64,000 nucleotides of DNA from Nitrospirota bacterium (GTDB lineage Bacteria > Nitrospirota > Thermodesulfovibrionia > Thermodesulfovibrionales > JdFR-86): contig CAVRJY010000001.1 of NCBI GenBank assembly GCA_963721805.1, positions 704,001-768,000 of the forward strand, read 5' to 3'. Position 1 is the first letter of the stretch, and each line of letters begins with the position of its first letter. Position numbers and translations under genes: made by a program. A model generated the notes under the pieces. The model saw only the letters and a program-made list of their open reading frames with translations, was not told the DNA's origin and made no database searches. Below, piece by piece: positions 41,115-52,183 of the stretch.

Positions 41115-43300
41115 TGGGCAGCACCATCCGCTCGCTGCGGGCCGAACTCTCCCGAAACCTCGAGTACTTCTTCTTCGAGCCCGAGGACATACAGCAGATC
41201 ATCGCTCAGATAAACTCGATCCCCCTTGACGCGCGCAGAAGCGCGCTAGCGCTGCTCGTGCAGCTCTCGAACACCAGCGGCAACATCGTGCCGCGCGTGA
41301 TGCCCTCTGTGATGCACGCGGTCTCCGCGCTTCCGATTGACGATGCCAAACGCTGGCTCGGCCACGCCTTCGCGCTCCTTGACGCCGAGGGCACCGAGCC
41401 CACGATAAGGTTTATGATGCGCGCCTCGGCGGCCGAGCTCGATGCGTTCTCCAAGCCCGCGACGCTCAGGCTCGACTCCGCGATGCCGGGGTTGGTTCTC
41501 TACCTGCGCGGCATCAGCGGCGGGGACTTCCCCATATTGCCCTCAAGCGCCGATGTGGCGTACACCGACGGCCGCTCGATATTCCTGCTCCGCGCTATTG
41601 CGCTTGCTTCAACGTCCGGCGGGTTATCGCGGGATGACGCGCTCGGACTTTACAGGCTCATGGCCACGTTCCTCTGGGCCGAGGTCGCCTTCGGCACGCT
41701 CAGACCGTCGAAGGGGCATACGCTTGAGGCGCTGTTTAACAAGTTCGAGCAGCGCGGGCTCGCGATAGACCTCTACACGCTGTTGGAGGCCTCGAGGCTT
41801 GAGCGTTTGGTGCTCAGCGAGCTTCCCGCGCTCGCGCTTAAGCCGCCAAAGGCCCGCGCCCTCGCATCGCGCCAGCCGCCGGCCAGCGCCGTGAGCGCCT
41901 TTGTCGAAGAGGGCTATCGCGCGTTGCTGGGCGAGCACGGACACCGCGAGTGGGACGATCTCCTAAGCGCATACGCAGCCCTCGATGAGCCATACCCCGA
42001 TGCGCTCTATCGGCTATATGAAAGGGCCGGGGCGATAGGCCGGGATTACGTCCCGGTCGGGCCTATACCTTTCGTCGGGACTATCAGGCCCCGCGCCGTG
42101 GCCCATCGCGCCAAGGCGGAGCGCGAGCAGCGGGCCGAACGCATCCGCGCGTCCATAGAGCGGCTGGTCAGGGACCAGACGATCGGCGCCGTCCCCCTGC
42201 CGCCAAGGGAGCGGGAGCAGGTGGCCCGGCGCGAGGCCCTGCCGGGCAAGCTTCTGCTGATAGAGGGGAAGCTCGTGCGCGTCGATGACATGGCGGCTGA
42301 GCTGCTGGCCGAGCACGGAGGGCTGCCGGGGATTCTGGTCGAGGGCGAGGGCACGGGCGGCCACGCGATGGACCTCGCAGGTTACGAGGGAGAGGCATCG
42401 CCAGATCGGCCCGTGGCCGCCGAGACTGCCGGAGGCATCGCGTATGACGAGTGGGACTATAAGCGCGCCGGATACAAGAAGGGCTGGGTCAGGCTCCACG
42501 AGCTTGACGTCCACCCCTCTGACGCCCCATTTGTCGCCGAGACGCGGCGGAGATACTCCGCGCTGATCCACAACATCAGGAGGCAGTTCGAGCTGATGAG
42601 GGTAGTTCCGGGGACGCTCAAACGGCAGCCCGAGGGCGAGGACATCGACCTCGACGCGGTAGTCGAGTCGGTGGCGGATACGAACGCGGGGCAATCGGCC
42701 GGGGAGGGCCTCTATACTAGGGTCGACCGGCGGGAGCGGAGCGTTGCGGTGCTGTTCCTGCTCGATATGAGCGGCTCGACCAAGGGCTGGGTCAACGCCG
42801 CGCAGCGCGAGGCGCTGGTCATGATGTGCGAGGCGCTCGACGCGCTCCGGGACAAGTACGCGATATACGGGTTTTCGGGCATGACGCGCAACCGCGCGGA
42901 GTTTTACAGGATCAAGGATTTCTCGGAGGGCTACACCGGCGAGGTCCAAAGCAGGATAGCCGGGATCGAGCCCAAGGACTACACCCGCATGGGCCCGGCC
43001 ATCAGGCACTCGCTGAGGCTCCTTAATGCTATCGAGGCGCGCACGCGGCTGCTGATCGTCCTGAGCGACGGCAGGCCCGAGGACTACGATGCGTACAAGG
43101 GCGACTACGGCATAGAGGACACGCGCATGGCGCTGATCGAGGCGCGCATCGCGGGCGCGCACCCCTATTGCATCACGATAGACCGCGAGGCCCCCTCCTA
43201 TATATCACGCATGTGCGGCGAGCGGGGCTTCGCGATGCTGGATGACGTGCGCGAACTCCCGGCGCGCATCGCCGGGCTCTACCGCCTGCTTACGACATAG
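41114..43300 (+). CDS. CbbO/NorD-like VWA-domain protein
   Basis: YDEWDY, DIDLDA, LLDMSGST (MIDAS), TRMGPAIRH, LSDGRPED. Confidence 0.88.
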   Translation: MGSTIRSLRAELSRNLEYFFFEPEDIQQIIAQINSIPLDARRSALALLVQLSNTSGNIVPRVMPSVMHAVSALPIDDAKRWLGHAFALLDAEGTEPTIRFMMRASAAELDAFSKPATLRLDSAMPGLVLYLRGISGGDFPILPSSADVAYTDGRSIFLLRAIALASTSGGLSRDDALGLYRLMATFLWAEVAFGTLRPSKGHTLEALFNKFEQRGLAIDLYTLLEASRLERLVLSELPALALKPPKARALASRQPPASAVSAFVEEGYRALLGEHGHREWDDLLSAYAALDEPYPDALYRLYERAGAIGRDYVPVGPIPFVGTIRPRAVAHRAKAEREQRAERIRASIERLVRDQTIGAVPLPPREREQVARREALPGKLLLIEGKLVRVDDMAAELLAEHGGLPGILVEGEGTGGHAMDLAGYEGEASPDRPVAAETAGGIAYDEWDYKRAGYKKGWVRLHELDVHPSDAPFVAETRRRYSALIHNIRRQFELMRVVPGTLKRQPEGEDIDLDAVVESVADTNAGQSAGEGLYTRVDRRERSVAVLFLLDMSGSTKGWVNAAQREALVMMCEALDALRDKYAIYGFSGMTRNRAEFYRIKDFSEGYTGEVQSRIAGIEPKDYTRMGPAIRHSLRLLNAIEARTRLLIVLSDGRPEDYDAYKGDYGIEDTRMALIEARIAGAHPYCITIDREAPSYISRMCGERGFAMLDDVRELPARIAGLYRLLTT

Positions 43301-43417
43301 TCGCTCGCCGTCGCATAAAACGGATATGATCCCGCTTGTTCCAAACCCTTTCGCGGTTGCTTTGGGTAGGCAAAAAATTCCCTTGCATGGAAGAAAATTT
43401 TTCTTATAAATCAACGC

Positions 43418-43444
43418 TAAAGTTTTGATATTCCCCTCCGATAT
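43418..43444 (+). promoter_or_regulatory. Sigma-28 (FliA) promoter of flagellin
   Basis: TAAAGTTT-N11-TCCGATAT versus consensus TAAAGTTT-N11-GCCGATAA. Confidence 0.8.
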
Positions 43445-43509
43445 GAGCTCTAAGGAGCACAAGGCAGACATGGATGTCGAGCCGACAAAAATCAAGGGAG
43501 GAAAAGGCA

Positions 43510-44367
43510 ATGTCAATGGTTATCAACACAAACGTCGCATCACTGGACGCACAGAGGAATCTTTCAAACAACAGCGAAGCGCTCACCGTATCGGTTCAGA
43601 GGCTCTCGTCGGGCCTCCGCATCAACTCGGCGAAGGACGACGCCGCGGGCCTCGCTATCGGTACGAGGCTCGACTCGCAGGTTAGGAGCATCGCGGTTGC
43701 GATCCGCAACTCGCAGGACGGCACGAGCCTTGCCCAGACCGCTGAGGGCGGCCTCGCCCAGATCGGGGACATCCTCACGAGGATGAGGGAACTTGCGACC
43801 CAGGCCGCAAACGGCACCCTGTCGACCTCGGACCGCACCGCCACTGACAACGAGTTCCAGCAGCTGAAGGACGAGATCGACCGCATCAGCAACGTCACGG
43901 AGTTCAACGGGACCAAGCTCCTCGACGGCACCTTGAGCGTGGGCGGCGGCGTAACGCTGCAGGTAGGTTTCCACAATACCGCTGACGACAGGATCTCGAT
44001 CTCGCTCAGCAACGCGGCGAATTCCGCGAGCTTGGGCATAACGGGCGGCATCACCGACACCGTGGCCGGCGACGGCACCGGCGCGACGAACGCCCGGAAC
44101 ATGCTCGATACGCTCGATACCGCGATCGGCACTGTCAGCACTATGCGCGGCAAGCTCGGCGCGATACAAAACAGGCTCACCTCGACGATATCGAACCTGA
44201 GCATATCGTCGGAGAACCTGAGCGCTGCAGGCTCGCGCGTCATGGACGCGGACTTCGCCTCGGAGACCGCGACCTTCACGCGTAACCAGATACTGGTGCA
44301 GTCGGCCACCGCGATCCTGGCACAGGCCAACCAGCTTCCGTCACAGGCCCTGCAGCTTTTGAAGTAA
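43510..44367 (+). CDS. fliC: Flagellin
   Basis: VINTNVASL, RLSSGLRINSAKDDAAGLAI, LGAIQNRL, DADFA, LAQANQ. Confidence 0.96.
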   Translation: MSMVINTNVASLDAQRNLSNNSEALTVSVQRLSSGLRINSAKDDAAGLAIGTRLDSQVRSIAVAIRNSQDGTSLAQTAEGGLAQIGDILTRMRELATQAANGTLSTSDRTATDNEFQQLKDEIDRISNVTEFNGTKLLDGTLSVGGGVTLQVGFHNTADDRISISLSNAANSASLGITGGITDTVAGDGTGATNARNMLDTLDTAIGTVSTMRGKLGAIQNRLTSTISNLSISSENLSAAGSRVMDADFASETATFTRNQILVQSATAILAQANQLPSQALQLLK

Positions 44368-44383
44368 ACTCTCGCGTAAAATT

Positions 44384-44416
44384 AAAAAGGCGGGCCATGA
44401 GGCCCGCCTTTTTTTT
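44384..44416 (+). terminator. Intrinsic terminator (probably bidirectional)
   Basis: AAAAAGGCGGGCC-ATGA-GGCCCGCCTTTTTTTT. Confidence 0.9.
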
Positions 44417-44467
44417 GTCCGTTTGCAACGCCCGAAATCCGGGTGCAGCGAGAGTTGCGGCGGTATG

Positions 44468-45463
44468 CTAAAGCGGCAGGGTGTCGTCAGCCGTCGTGAG
44501 GCCGTACTCGGCGAGCGCCTCATCGCGCGGGTTTTCGGGCAGGCCGCGGTATTTTGGGGATATGTGAAGCGGGATGAACCGCCGGGCCCGCGCGGTGCGC
44601 GCGATCCAGCCCGCGAGCCGGCCGGTCAGGTGGTTGCGCTGATGCGCCCTCTCGATGTCTGAGTGCAGGAAGTACGCCTCGCAATAAAGCGCGTCGGAGC
44701 CCATCGCGAAATCCCTCGCCCTTATCACGTTGTCCCTCGTCGGCGCGATGTCGGTCAGGTAGGTAAGTTTCTGCCCCGGAGATATCGTGGCTATCGCGCG
44801 AAGCTCGCCGAGCGTTCTGGCCCCCGAGCCGGTATCGAGCGTGAAGCCGTCGTCCCGCTCCTCGCGGATCGCGCGCTTGAGTTCGGAGAGCCATGGCCCG
44901 ACGGGGAGCCCCATCGCGTCGAGCGCCGCGCGGTCGATGTTGATATGGAAATCCTCCTCGAGCGTGTAGCCCATGCACGGGGTGCCGTGGTCGAGCAGGA
45001 CGGCGCGCACGCGAAATCCGCTCTCTTTAAGTATGGTGCCGCTGAAGGGCGCGCTTCCCATCTCGCGCGGCCTGAACGAGTCGCGCGCGTCAAACAGCGT
45101 GCGTTCGACGGACGCGGCCCCTATGGCATGGGTCTCGATCCGAAGCGGGTACATGTGGATCAGGTTCCAGGTGTACGAATTCAGCTTGCCGCGGACGCAG
45201 TCGGTAATGTTCTCGGGGCCGTAGACGCGGATCAGGTCCTCGCGCCGCAGCGAGGTGCGCAGGATCGTGTCGAACCCTATGAAGTGGTCTATGTGCGTGT
45301 GGGTGACGAAGATGTCCGTGACCTTCAGGATCTCGGCGGCAGGGAGCCGCCCAAGCCCGCCCGCGTCGAAGAGCGCCGCCCGCCGCTCGCGGAGGAACCG
45401 GACGTGCAGGCACGGGTCCTCGAAAGGGCCGTTTACGAGCGCGGAATGGAACGAAGACCACAT
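44468..45463 (-). CDS. RNase Z-like metallo-beta-lactamase fold protein
   Basis: VNGPFEDP, THTHIDHFIGFD, LDHGTP, HLT, HISPKY. Confidence 0.82.
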   Translation of the reverse strand: MWSSFHSALVNGPFEDPCLHVRFLRERRAALFDAGGLGRLPAAEILKVTDIFVTHTHIDHFIGFDTILRTSLRREDLIRVYGPENITDCVRGKLNSYTWNLIHMYPLRIETHAIGAASVERTLFDARDSFRPREMGSAPFSGTILKESGFRVRAVLLDHGTPCMGYTLEEDFHINIDRAALDAMGLPVGPWLSELKRAIREERDDGFTLDTGSGARTLGELRAIATISPGQKLTYLTDIAPTRDNVIRARDFAMGSDALYCEAYFLHSDIERAHQRNHLTGRLAGWIARTARARRFIPLHISPKYRGLPENPRDEALAEYGLTTADDTLPL

Positions 45464-45542
45464 GGTTATTGATTATATATCATGATATAATCATTAAGCA
45501 GTAAATGCCACAGCAGTCCTTACCCAATATGGAGGTTTTCCG

Positions 45543-46538
45543 ATGCCCGAGCTGAGAAAAGACCCGGTGCTTGGCAGGTGGGTGATCATATCCGTCGAGC
45601 GGGGCAAGCGGCCCGCTGATTTCGTCACGATCACCCAGAGGCGGCGCGTCGGGTTCTGCCCGTTTTGCCCCGGAAACGAGTACACCACGCCGCCTGAGAT
45701 ACTGGCCGTCAGGCCTGACGGCTCGCCCCCGAACTCCCCGGGCTGGAAGATCCGCGTGATGCCGAACAAGTTCCCGGCCCTAAGCGGCGAAGGCACCCTG
45801 GACAAAAAGGGCGAGGGCATCTATGACATGATGAACGGCGTCGGGGCCCACGAGGTCGTGGTCGAGACCCCGGAGCACCACCTGACGCTGGCGGACCTCG
45901 CGCCCGAGGACTTCGAGAACGTCATGAGCATATACCACGCGCGCATCACCGACCTCGGCCGCGACCCCCGCATAAAGTACGTCCTGGTCTACAAAAACGA
46001 GGGCGAGGCCGCGGGCGCGTCGCTGGAACACTCCCATACGCAGCTCATCGCGCTGCCGATCATCCCCCGCACGGTCAAGGACGAGCTGCAGGGCGCGCGG
46101 AGGCACTTCGAGCTGCGCGAGAGGTGCCTGTTTTGCGACATCATCAGCCAGGAGCGCTCCGACGGCCGCCGCGTGATAGCCGAGAACGACGCCTTCATAG
46201 CGCTCGCCCCGTTCGCCCCGCGCGCCCCGTTTGAGACCTGGGTGCTCCCCAAGAACCACGAGTACCTCTTCGGCCCCCGCGACGGCAGCTTTAAGGGGCT
46301 GACCGAGATATTCCAGAGGGTCCTAAAACAGCTCGACGCGATGCTCGACCACCCGCCCTATAACTTCATGATCCATACCTCGCCGTTTAACGGCGAGCAC
46401 TCGGACTACTACCACTGGCATATCGAGATCCTCCCGAAGCTCACTAAGATGGCAGGGTTCGAATGGGGCTCGGGCTTTTACATAAACCCCACGCCGCCCG
46501 AAAACGCGGCGAAGTTCATGCGGGAAACCGGCATCTAG
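45543..46538 (+). CDS. galT: Galactose-1-phosphate uridylyltransferase-like protein
   Basis: [36 protein letters not shown]. Confidence 0.9.
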   Translation: MPELRKDPVLGRWVIISVERGKRPADFVTITQRRRVGFCPFCPGNEYTTPPEILAVRPDGSPPNSPGWKIRVMPNKFPALSGEGTLDKKGEGIYDMMNGVGAHEVVVETPEHHLTLADLAPEDFENVMSIYHARITDLGRDPRIKYVLVYKNEGEAAGASLEHSHTQLIALPIIPRTVKDELQGARRHFELRERCLFCDIISQERSDGRRVIAENDAFIALAPFAPRAPFETWVLPKNHEYLFGPRDGSFKGLTEIFQRVLKQLDAMLDHPPYNFMIHTSPFNGEHSDYYHWHIEILPKLTKMAGFEWGSGFYINPTPPENAAKFMRETGI

Positions 46539-46549
46539 GGCCAGCGCAG

Positions 46550-47996
46550 ATGCCCGGCTTGAGGATACTGATCGCGGCCTCCGAGGCCATCCCCTACGCC
46601 AAGACCGGCGGACTGGCCGACGTCGCGGGCTCGCTGCACGCCGCGCTGAGGCGGCTCGGGCGTGGACTGCCGCCTCATGCTGCCGCTCTACAAGTCCACC
46701 GCCGAGTCGTTCGATCTCACCGATACCGGCATTGAGTTCAGCGTGCCGCTGGGCGGCGCGAGGATCCAGGCGCGGCTGTATTCGCACGGGGACTCCGTAT
46801 ACCTGATCCGGGCCGACGAGCTTTTCTGCCGCGACGGGATCTACGGCGACAGCGAGGGAGAGTTTCCCGACAACGCCGAGAGGTTCGTATTCTTCAGCCG
46901 CGCGGTGCTCGAGGCCTCGCTCGCCCTGGGGTTCGCGCCGCACGTCGTGCACTGCAACGACTGGCACACCGGGCTCGTGCCCGTATACCTAAAGACGCTG
47001 TACGCAGACGCGCTGCCCTCGTCCGCCTCTCTGATGTGCATCCACAACATCGGCTACCAGGGGCTTTTCAAGCCCTCCGCGGTCAGGCTCGCCGGGTTCG
47101 GCCCTGAGATGTTCCACCACCCCGGCGCGTTTGAGTTCTACGGGAAGTTCAACATGCTCAAGGCGGGCATCGTGTATGCCGACGCCCTGGGCACCGTAAG
47201 CCCTACCTATGCCGAGGAGATAATGACGCCGGAGCACGGCTGGGGCCTCGACGGCGTCATACGCGAGCGCGCGGCCGACCTCCACGGGATAATCAACGGC
47301 GTCGATTACGCCGTATACGACCCGTCCGCCGACCCCGCTATAGCTGCACGCTTCGGCCCCGGCGCGATGAAGGGCAAACAGGCATGCCGGGAGGACCTCG
47401 AGAGGCTCTGCGGGTTTAAGCGCTCGGAGCATCCGATAGCCTGCGTCGTAAGCAGGCTATCGTACCAGAAGGGCATCGACCTGTTCATCAAGGCCGCGCC
47501 GGGGTTCATCGGGCGGGGGCTGCGGGTGGCGGTGCTCGGCGCTGGAGAGGCGCACATCGAGGCCGGGCTCGCGGAGCTGGCAGCGGCCTATCCGGGCCGG
47601 TTCTGCTTCAAGGCGGGCTATGACGAGGACCATGCGAGGATCCTCTATGCCGGGTCGGACATGATCGTTATCCCCTCGAGGTACGAGCCCTGCGGGCTCA
47701 CCCAGATGATCGCGATGCGCTACGGCACGGTGCCGGTGGCCCGCGCCACGGGGGGCCTCCGGGACTCGATAGAGGACTTTGACCCGTTAAACGGCGGGGG
47801 CACCGGGTTTCTGTTTAACGAGTTTGCGGCCCCGGCCCTCGGCGGCGCGCTCGAGCGCGCGCTTTGCGTGCATGCGGACCGCAAGCGCTGGGCCGGGCTC
47901 GTATCGAGGTGCATGGCGCGCGACTTCTCGTGGGACGCCTCGGCCGCCCGCTACATCGCGCTCTACGAGACCCTCAGCGCGGGGCGTACGGCGTGA
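46550..47996 (+). CDS. glgA: Glycogen synthase, apparent frameshift near 46660
   Basis: [16 protein letters not shown] in ORF 46463..46735 continues into 46662..47996 ([19 protein letters not shown]). Confidence 0.92.
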
Positions 47997-50900
47997 GGCT
48001 GCGCACTAGGATAGCGGCCTTCATGGCCGCGTTCATAGCTATCTCGGTCATCTTCGGCCTTAGCACGTTTTTCATAGTCCGCGAGATAAGCGCCAACCTC
48101 GACGAGATAACCCTCGACATGAAGAGGGTCTATATCAGAGACAACATAAACAGTTCGGTCGTCAAGATCCTGATCGCGATCAAGGGCTGGACCATAGAGC
48201 AGAAGGAAGAGTACCGGAGCCTCTATAAGGCCAACGCCGCGGAGCTGCGCGACCGCATGGACGAACTCAACAAGACCGTGGAAAAGAAAGAGGACGCCGC
48301 GCGGCTCTCGGACCTGATAAGCACTTTTTTGATGCGCTCCGACGCGATCATGTCCGTATCCTGGTCCGGGAGCGACCTGGAGCGCCTGCGCTCCGTCGAC
48401 ATGCTCTACCAGATGGAGGTCGAGATATACACCGGGATGGAGAGCATACACGACGTCTTCATGCGCTCGATCAGCCGGACCCTCGCCCTGAACGAGAAGG
48501 TCATGGCGAGGATGACGCTGTACCTCGGAATGCTCCTGATATTCTCTATCGGGGCCTCCGGCCTCCTGGCCATCATGATGCGCCGCACCCTGACCGCACC
48601 GTACGAGGACGTCTTAAACGCCACCGGCATGGTCGCCTCCGGCCGCCTCGACTACAGGATGCCGCTTACGGCCGATAAGGACATGGCCATGATCGGCGAG
48701 AGGTTCAACGAGATGGTCGCGAGCCTCGAGGACTCGCAGCACAAGCTGAGCAAGAACCTGCGTGAGACCGAACTGTACCTCGAGGTGGCGCGCATAGCCA
48801 ACATGACGCTCGAGCGCAAGAAGGCGCTGGCCCTGATGGCCGAGGCGATCGCCGAGAAGATGGAGCACGAGGTATGCGCCATCTTCATGCTCAAGCCCGA
48901 GCGCAAGGAGTTCGTCCTCGAGGCCTGCAACATCGACGACGGCGCCGGGCCCTTCAGCCGCCCGATCCCGGTCAGCCACCCGCTCGTCTATAACATCATT
49001 GGCACGCTGGAGCCCGTCGTGCTCACCCGCGACGGAGGGCTTACCGAGATATGCCCCAACCTCGTGGGCGCACTCCTGGCCCCGATAGTGCTCGACAACA
49101 CCTGCGCGGGCATACTGCTGGTCGGGAGTTTTAAGAGCAGCGAATTCCTGCCGGACGAACTCGGCACCGCGCGCGTCGTGGTCCAGAACATGGGGCTGGC
49201 GGTGCGCAACTTCGAGCTATACGACGCGGCCAACAGGCAGCTGGCGCAGATCAGGCTCGCGTTCGAGCTCAGCCAGGCGCTGGCCTCGGTGCAGGACACC
49301 GACGACATCCTGCAGACCGTATCGCGGGAGGTCGCGAAGCTCATCAACGCGCGAGGATGCGTGATACGCCTGGTCGAGGGCGACGTGCTGAAGGTGAAGT
49401 CCTTCTCCGGCTCGGCCTCGGATATGGTGGACGAGGCCGACGTGCCGCTAGGCAAGGGCGTGGCCGGGTGGGTGGCCAAGGAGGGCAGGTCGATGCTCGT
49501 CGAGGACGTCTCGAAGATGCCCGAGGACCTGGCCGTCCCGCTCATGGCCCAGAAGACCGCCATATCCGTTCCCCTTAAGACGGAAGAGGGCGTCATAGGC
49601 ACGCTCGGGCTCTACGACAAGCTCGACGAGCGCGGCGCGATCATCCCGTTTTCGACCGACGACCTCGCGGTGGTCGAGGGCTTCGCCTCGATATCGAGCA
49701 TAGCCTTCCACAAGGCCCGGATGCGCGAGCTGCGCGCCCGCAGCGAGGCGCGCGTCGAGGAGGCGCGCGGCCGGATGAACGTGCTGTTCGAGAGCGTCCA
49801 GACCGGCATCATCACGCTTGACGAAAACTACAGGATCACATCCGCCAACAAGTACTTCGAGAGCATGATGGACATAAAGCTCGAAGACATAATCGGGGCA
49901 AACGCGGTCGAGCTCTTCCACGACAAGGGCGGCATCTGCCCCCACTGCGCGGCGAAGGCCACGTTCGAGACCGGCGGGTACAACTCGATCACGCAGTCCA
50001 GCGGCCTGAACTTCGCCGAGCTCTCCTCCTACCCCATCGCGAGCGAGGGCGGCCACGTGGCCGAGGCCGTCGTCTTCGTGCAGGACATAACCGAGCGCGT
50101 GCTGTACGAGGAAGAGATCATGGGCCTCTACAGCGAGGTCACGCAGAACAAGGAATACATAGAGAGCCTGATACAGAACTCGGCCGACGCGATAGTGACG
50201 AGCGACCTCGACGGCATCGTGACCTCGTGGAACCGCGCCGCGGCCGAGACCTACGGGTTTACGTCCGAGGAGGCGGTCGGCAAGTTCCTGCCCTTCGTGC
50301 CGGACTCGCTAGTCGAGTTCGAGCGCGAGAACATCACCAAGATCCGCACCGGGCAGGTCATAAAGCTCGAGACCTACCGCAAGAAATCAGACAGTTCGAT
50401 CATCGAGGTGAGCCTCACGATGTCTCCGATCAAGGACCTCGGCGGCTCGGTCATCGGCATAAGCAGCATATCGCGGGACATATCGGACAAAAAACGCGTG
50501 GAGAAGGAGCTCATCCGGCGCAACCAGGAGCTCTCGCGGCTGTTCTTCATAAGCTCCGCGATGCGCGGCACGCTCGAGCTGGACAAGATGCTCAGGATGG
50601 TGCTGACGGCCGTGACGATGAGCGACGGCCTGGGGTTCAACCGCGCGATGCTGTTTTTCGTCGACGAGGAGCGCGGGGTCCTTAAAGGTTACATGGGCGT
50701 GGGCCCGGCGAGCCACGACGAGGCCTGGATGGTCTGGGAGAAGCTCTCGTCCGAGAGGACCTCGCTAAGGGAGATCATGGCCGAGATAGAGTCCGAGCCC
50801 CTCGCGAGGGACTCGGCGCTCGACCGCATAGCCATGGACATGGAAATCCCGCTGGATGCCGACACCGTGCTCGCCGGGGCCGTGCGCGACAGCAGGACCG

Positions 50901-52177
50901 TAAACGTCACGGACGTGCAGGCCGAGCACCGCACCGACATGGAGCTGATCCAGCAGCTCGGGACCGAGTCCTTCGCCGCGATCCCGCTGATCTACCGCCA
51001 CAAGGTGATGGGCCTGCTGTGGGTCGACAATCTCTTTAACCGAAAGCCGATCACGGACGACGACATGAAGTTCCTGGTCGGGTTCGCGGACCACGTGGCC
51101 TCGGCCATAGAATCGGCGCGGCTGTTTCAGAAGGTCTCGCTCGCCGAGGCCGAGCTCGAAAACATCTTCGCCTCGATATCGGAGATGGTCTATTTCACCT
51201 CGGCCGACTACACGATCAAGAACGCGAACAAGGCCGTCCTGGACCGCCTCGGGAAGACGCGCCTCCAGGTCGTGGGCCACAAGTGCTATGAGGTCTTCCA
51301 CGGCACGGACGAGCCGGCCATGCACTGCCCCCACCACAAGACCGTCCAGACGCTCAAGCCCTACATCGAGGAGATGGAGGACCCGAAGCTCGGCGGCACG
51401 TTCCTGACCTCGACCGCCCCTATCTTCGACACCACGGGGGCGTTCATCGGCACGGTGCACGTGGTGCGCGACATCACGGAACTCAAGCAGCTGCGCGTGA
51501 AGCTGCAGAGCGCCGAGAGAAAGGCCGCGCTCGGCGACGTCGCGGCCAAGGTCGCGCACGAGATCCGAAACCCGCTCGTATCGGTCGGGGGCTTCGCCAA
51601 GCGGCTCGAGAACAAGCTCGACGGCAACCTAAAAGAATACGCCAGCGTCATAACAAGCGAGGTGCGCCGGCTCGAGGTCATCCTCAAAGACATCCTGGGC
51701 TTCGTCAAGGAGGTCCGGATGTCCAAGCGCGAGGTGGACCTCAACGAGATCGTGCGCGGCGTGCTGGAGCTGCTCAAGCACGAGTTCGAGAAGAGGGGCA
51801 ACACGCTGGCCGCCTCGTTCGCCGAACCGCCGCTTACGATGGTCGTCGACCCCGACCGCCTGAAGGAGGCGATCTTCAACGTTATCGACAACGCAAACAA
51901 CGCGGCCACAAACGGCACCATCACGGTGCGCACCTTCAGGGAGGCAGACGAGGCCGTGCTCTCGGTGGCCGACACCGGAGTGGGCATAAAGGAGGAGATA
52001 GTGGAGCGGATATTCGACCCGTTCTTTACGACGAGAAACACCGGCACCGGCCTGGGGCTCGCGATAGCAAAGCGCATCGTGGAGGAGCACGACGGATACA
52101 TCACGGTGCACAGCGCGGGCTTCATGAAGGGCTCGGAATTCATGATACATCTTCCTGCCGGAAGAAAGGAGGCTTAG
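47993..52177 (+). CDS. Large membrane-anchored multi-sensor histidine kinase (HAMP, GAF, PAS)
   Basis: Two TM segments, HAMP-like region, three GAF-like and three PAS-like segments, AHEIRNPL H-box, DTGVGI...FDPFFTT...GTGLGL; GTG start overlaps the glgA stop. Confidence 0.9.
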   Translation: MRLRTRIAAFMAAFIAISVIFGLSTFFIVREISANLDEITLDMKRVYIRDNINSSVVKILIAIKGWTIEQKEEYRSLYKANAAELRDRMDELNKTVEKKEDAARLSDLISTFLMRSDAIMSVSWSGSDLERLRSVDMLYQMEVEIYTGMESIHDVFMRSISRTLALNEKVMARMTLYLGMLLIFSIGASGLLAIMMRRTLTAPYEDVLNATGMVASGRLDYRMPLTADKDMAMIGERFNEMVASLEDSQHKLSKNLRETELYLEVARIANMTLERKKALALMAEAIAEKMEHEVCAIFMLKPERKEFVLEACNIDDGAGPFSRPIPVSHPLVYNIIGTLEPVVLTRDGGLTEICPNLVGALLAPIVLDNTCAGILLVGSFKSSEFLPDELGTARVVVQNMGLAVRNFELYDAANRQLAQIRLAFELSQALASVQDTDDILQTVSREVAKLINARGCVIRLVEGDVLKVKSFSGSASDMVDEADVPLGKGVAGWVAKEGRSMLVEDVSKMPEDLAVPLMAQKTAISVPLKTEEGVIGTLGLYDKLDERGAIIPFSTDDLAVVEGFASISSIAFHKARMRELRARSEARVEEARGRMNVLFESVQTGIITLDENYRITSANKYFESMMDIKLEDIIGANAVELFHDKGGICPHCAAKATFETGGYNSITQSSGLNFAELSSYPIASEGGHVAEAVVFVQDITERVLYEEEIMGLYSEVTQNKEYIESLIQNSADAIVTSDLDGIVTSWNRAAAETYGFTSEEAVGKFLPFVPDSLVEFERENITKIRTGQVIKLETYRKKSDSSIIEVSLTMSPIKDLGGSVIGISSISRDISDKKRVEKELIRRNQELSRLFFISSAMRGTLELDKMLRMVLTAVTMSDGLGFNRAMLFFVDEERGVLKGYMGVGPASHDEAWMVWEKLSSERTSLREIMAEIESEPLARDSALDRIAMDMEIPLDADTVLAGAVRDSRTVNVTDVQAEHRTDMELIQQLGTESFAAIPLIYRHKVMGLLWVDNLFNRKPITDDDMKFLVGFADHVASAIESARLFQKVSLAEAELENIFASISEMVYFTSADYTIKNANKAVLDRLGKTRLQVVGHKCYEVFHGTDEPAMHCPHHKTVQTLKPYIEEMEDPKLGGTFLTSTAPIFDTTGAFIGTVHVVRDITELKQLRVKLQSAERKAALGDVAAKVAHEIRNPLVSVGGFAKRLENKLDGNLKEYASVITSEVRRLEVILKDILGFVKEVRMSKREVDLNEIVRGVLELLKHEFEKRGNTLAASFAEPPLTMVVDPDRLKEAIFNVIDNANNAATNGTITVRTFREADEAVLSVADTGVGIKEEIVERIFDPFFTTRNTGTGLGLAIAKRIVEEHDGYITVHSAGFMKGSEFMIHLPAGRKEA

Positions 52178-52183
52178 AGGAAT

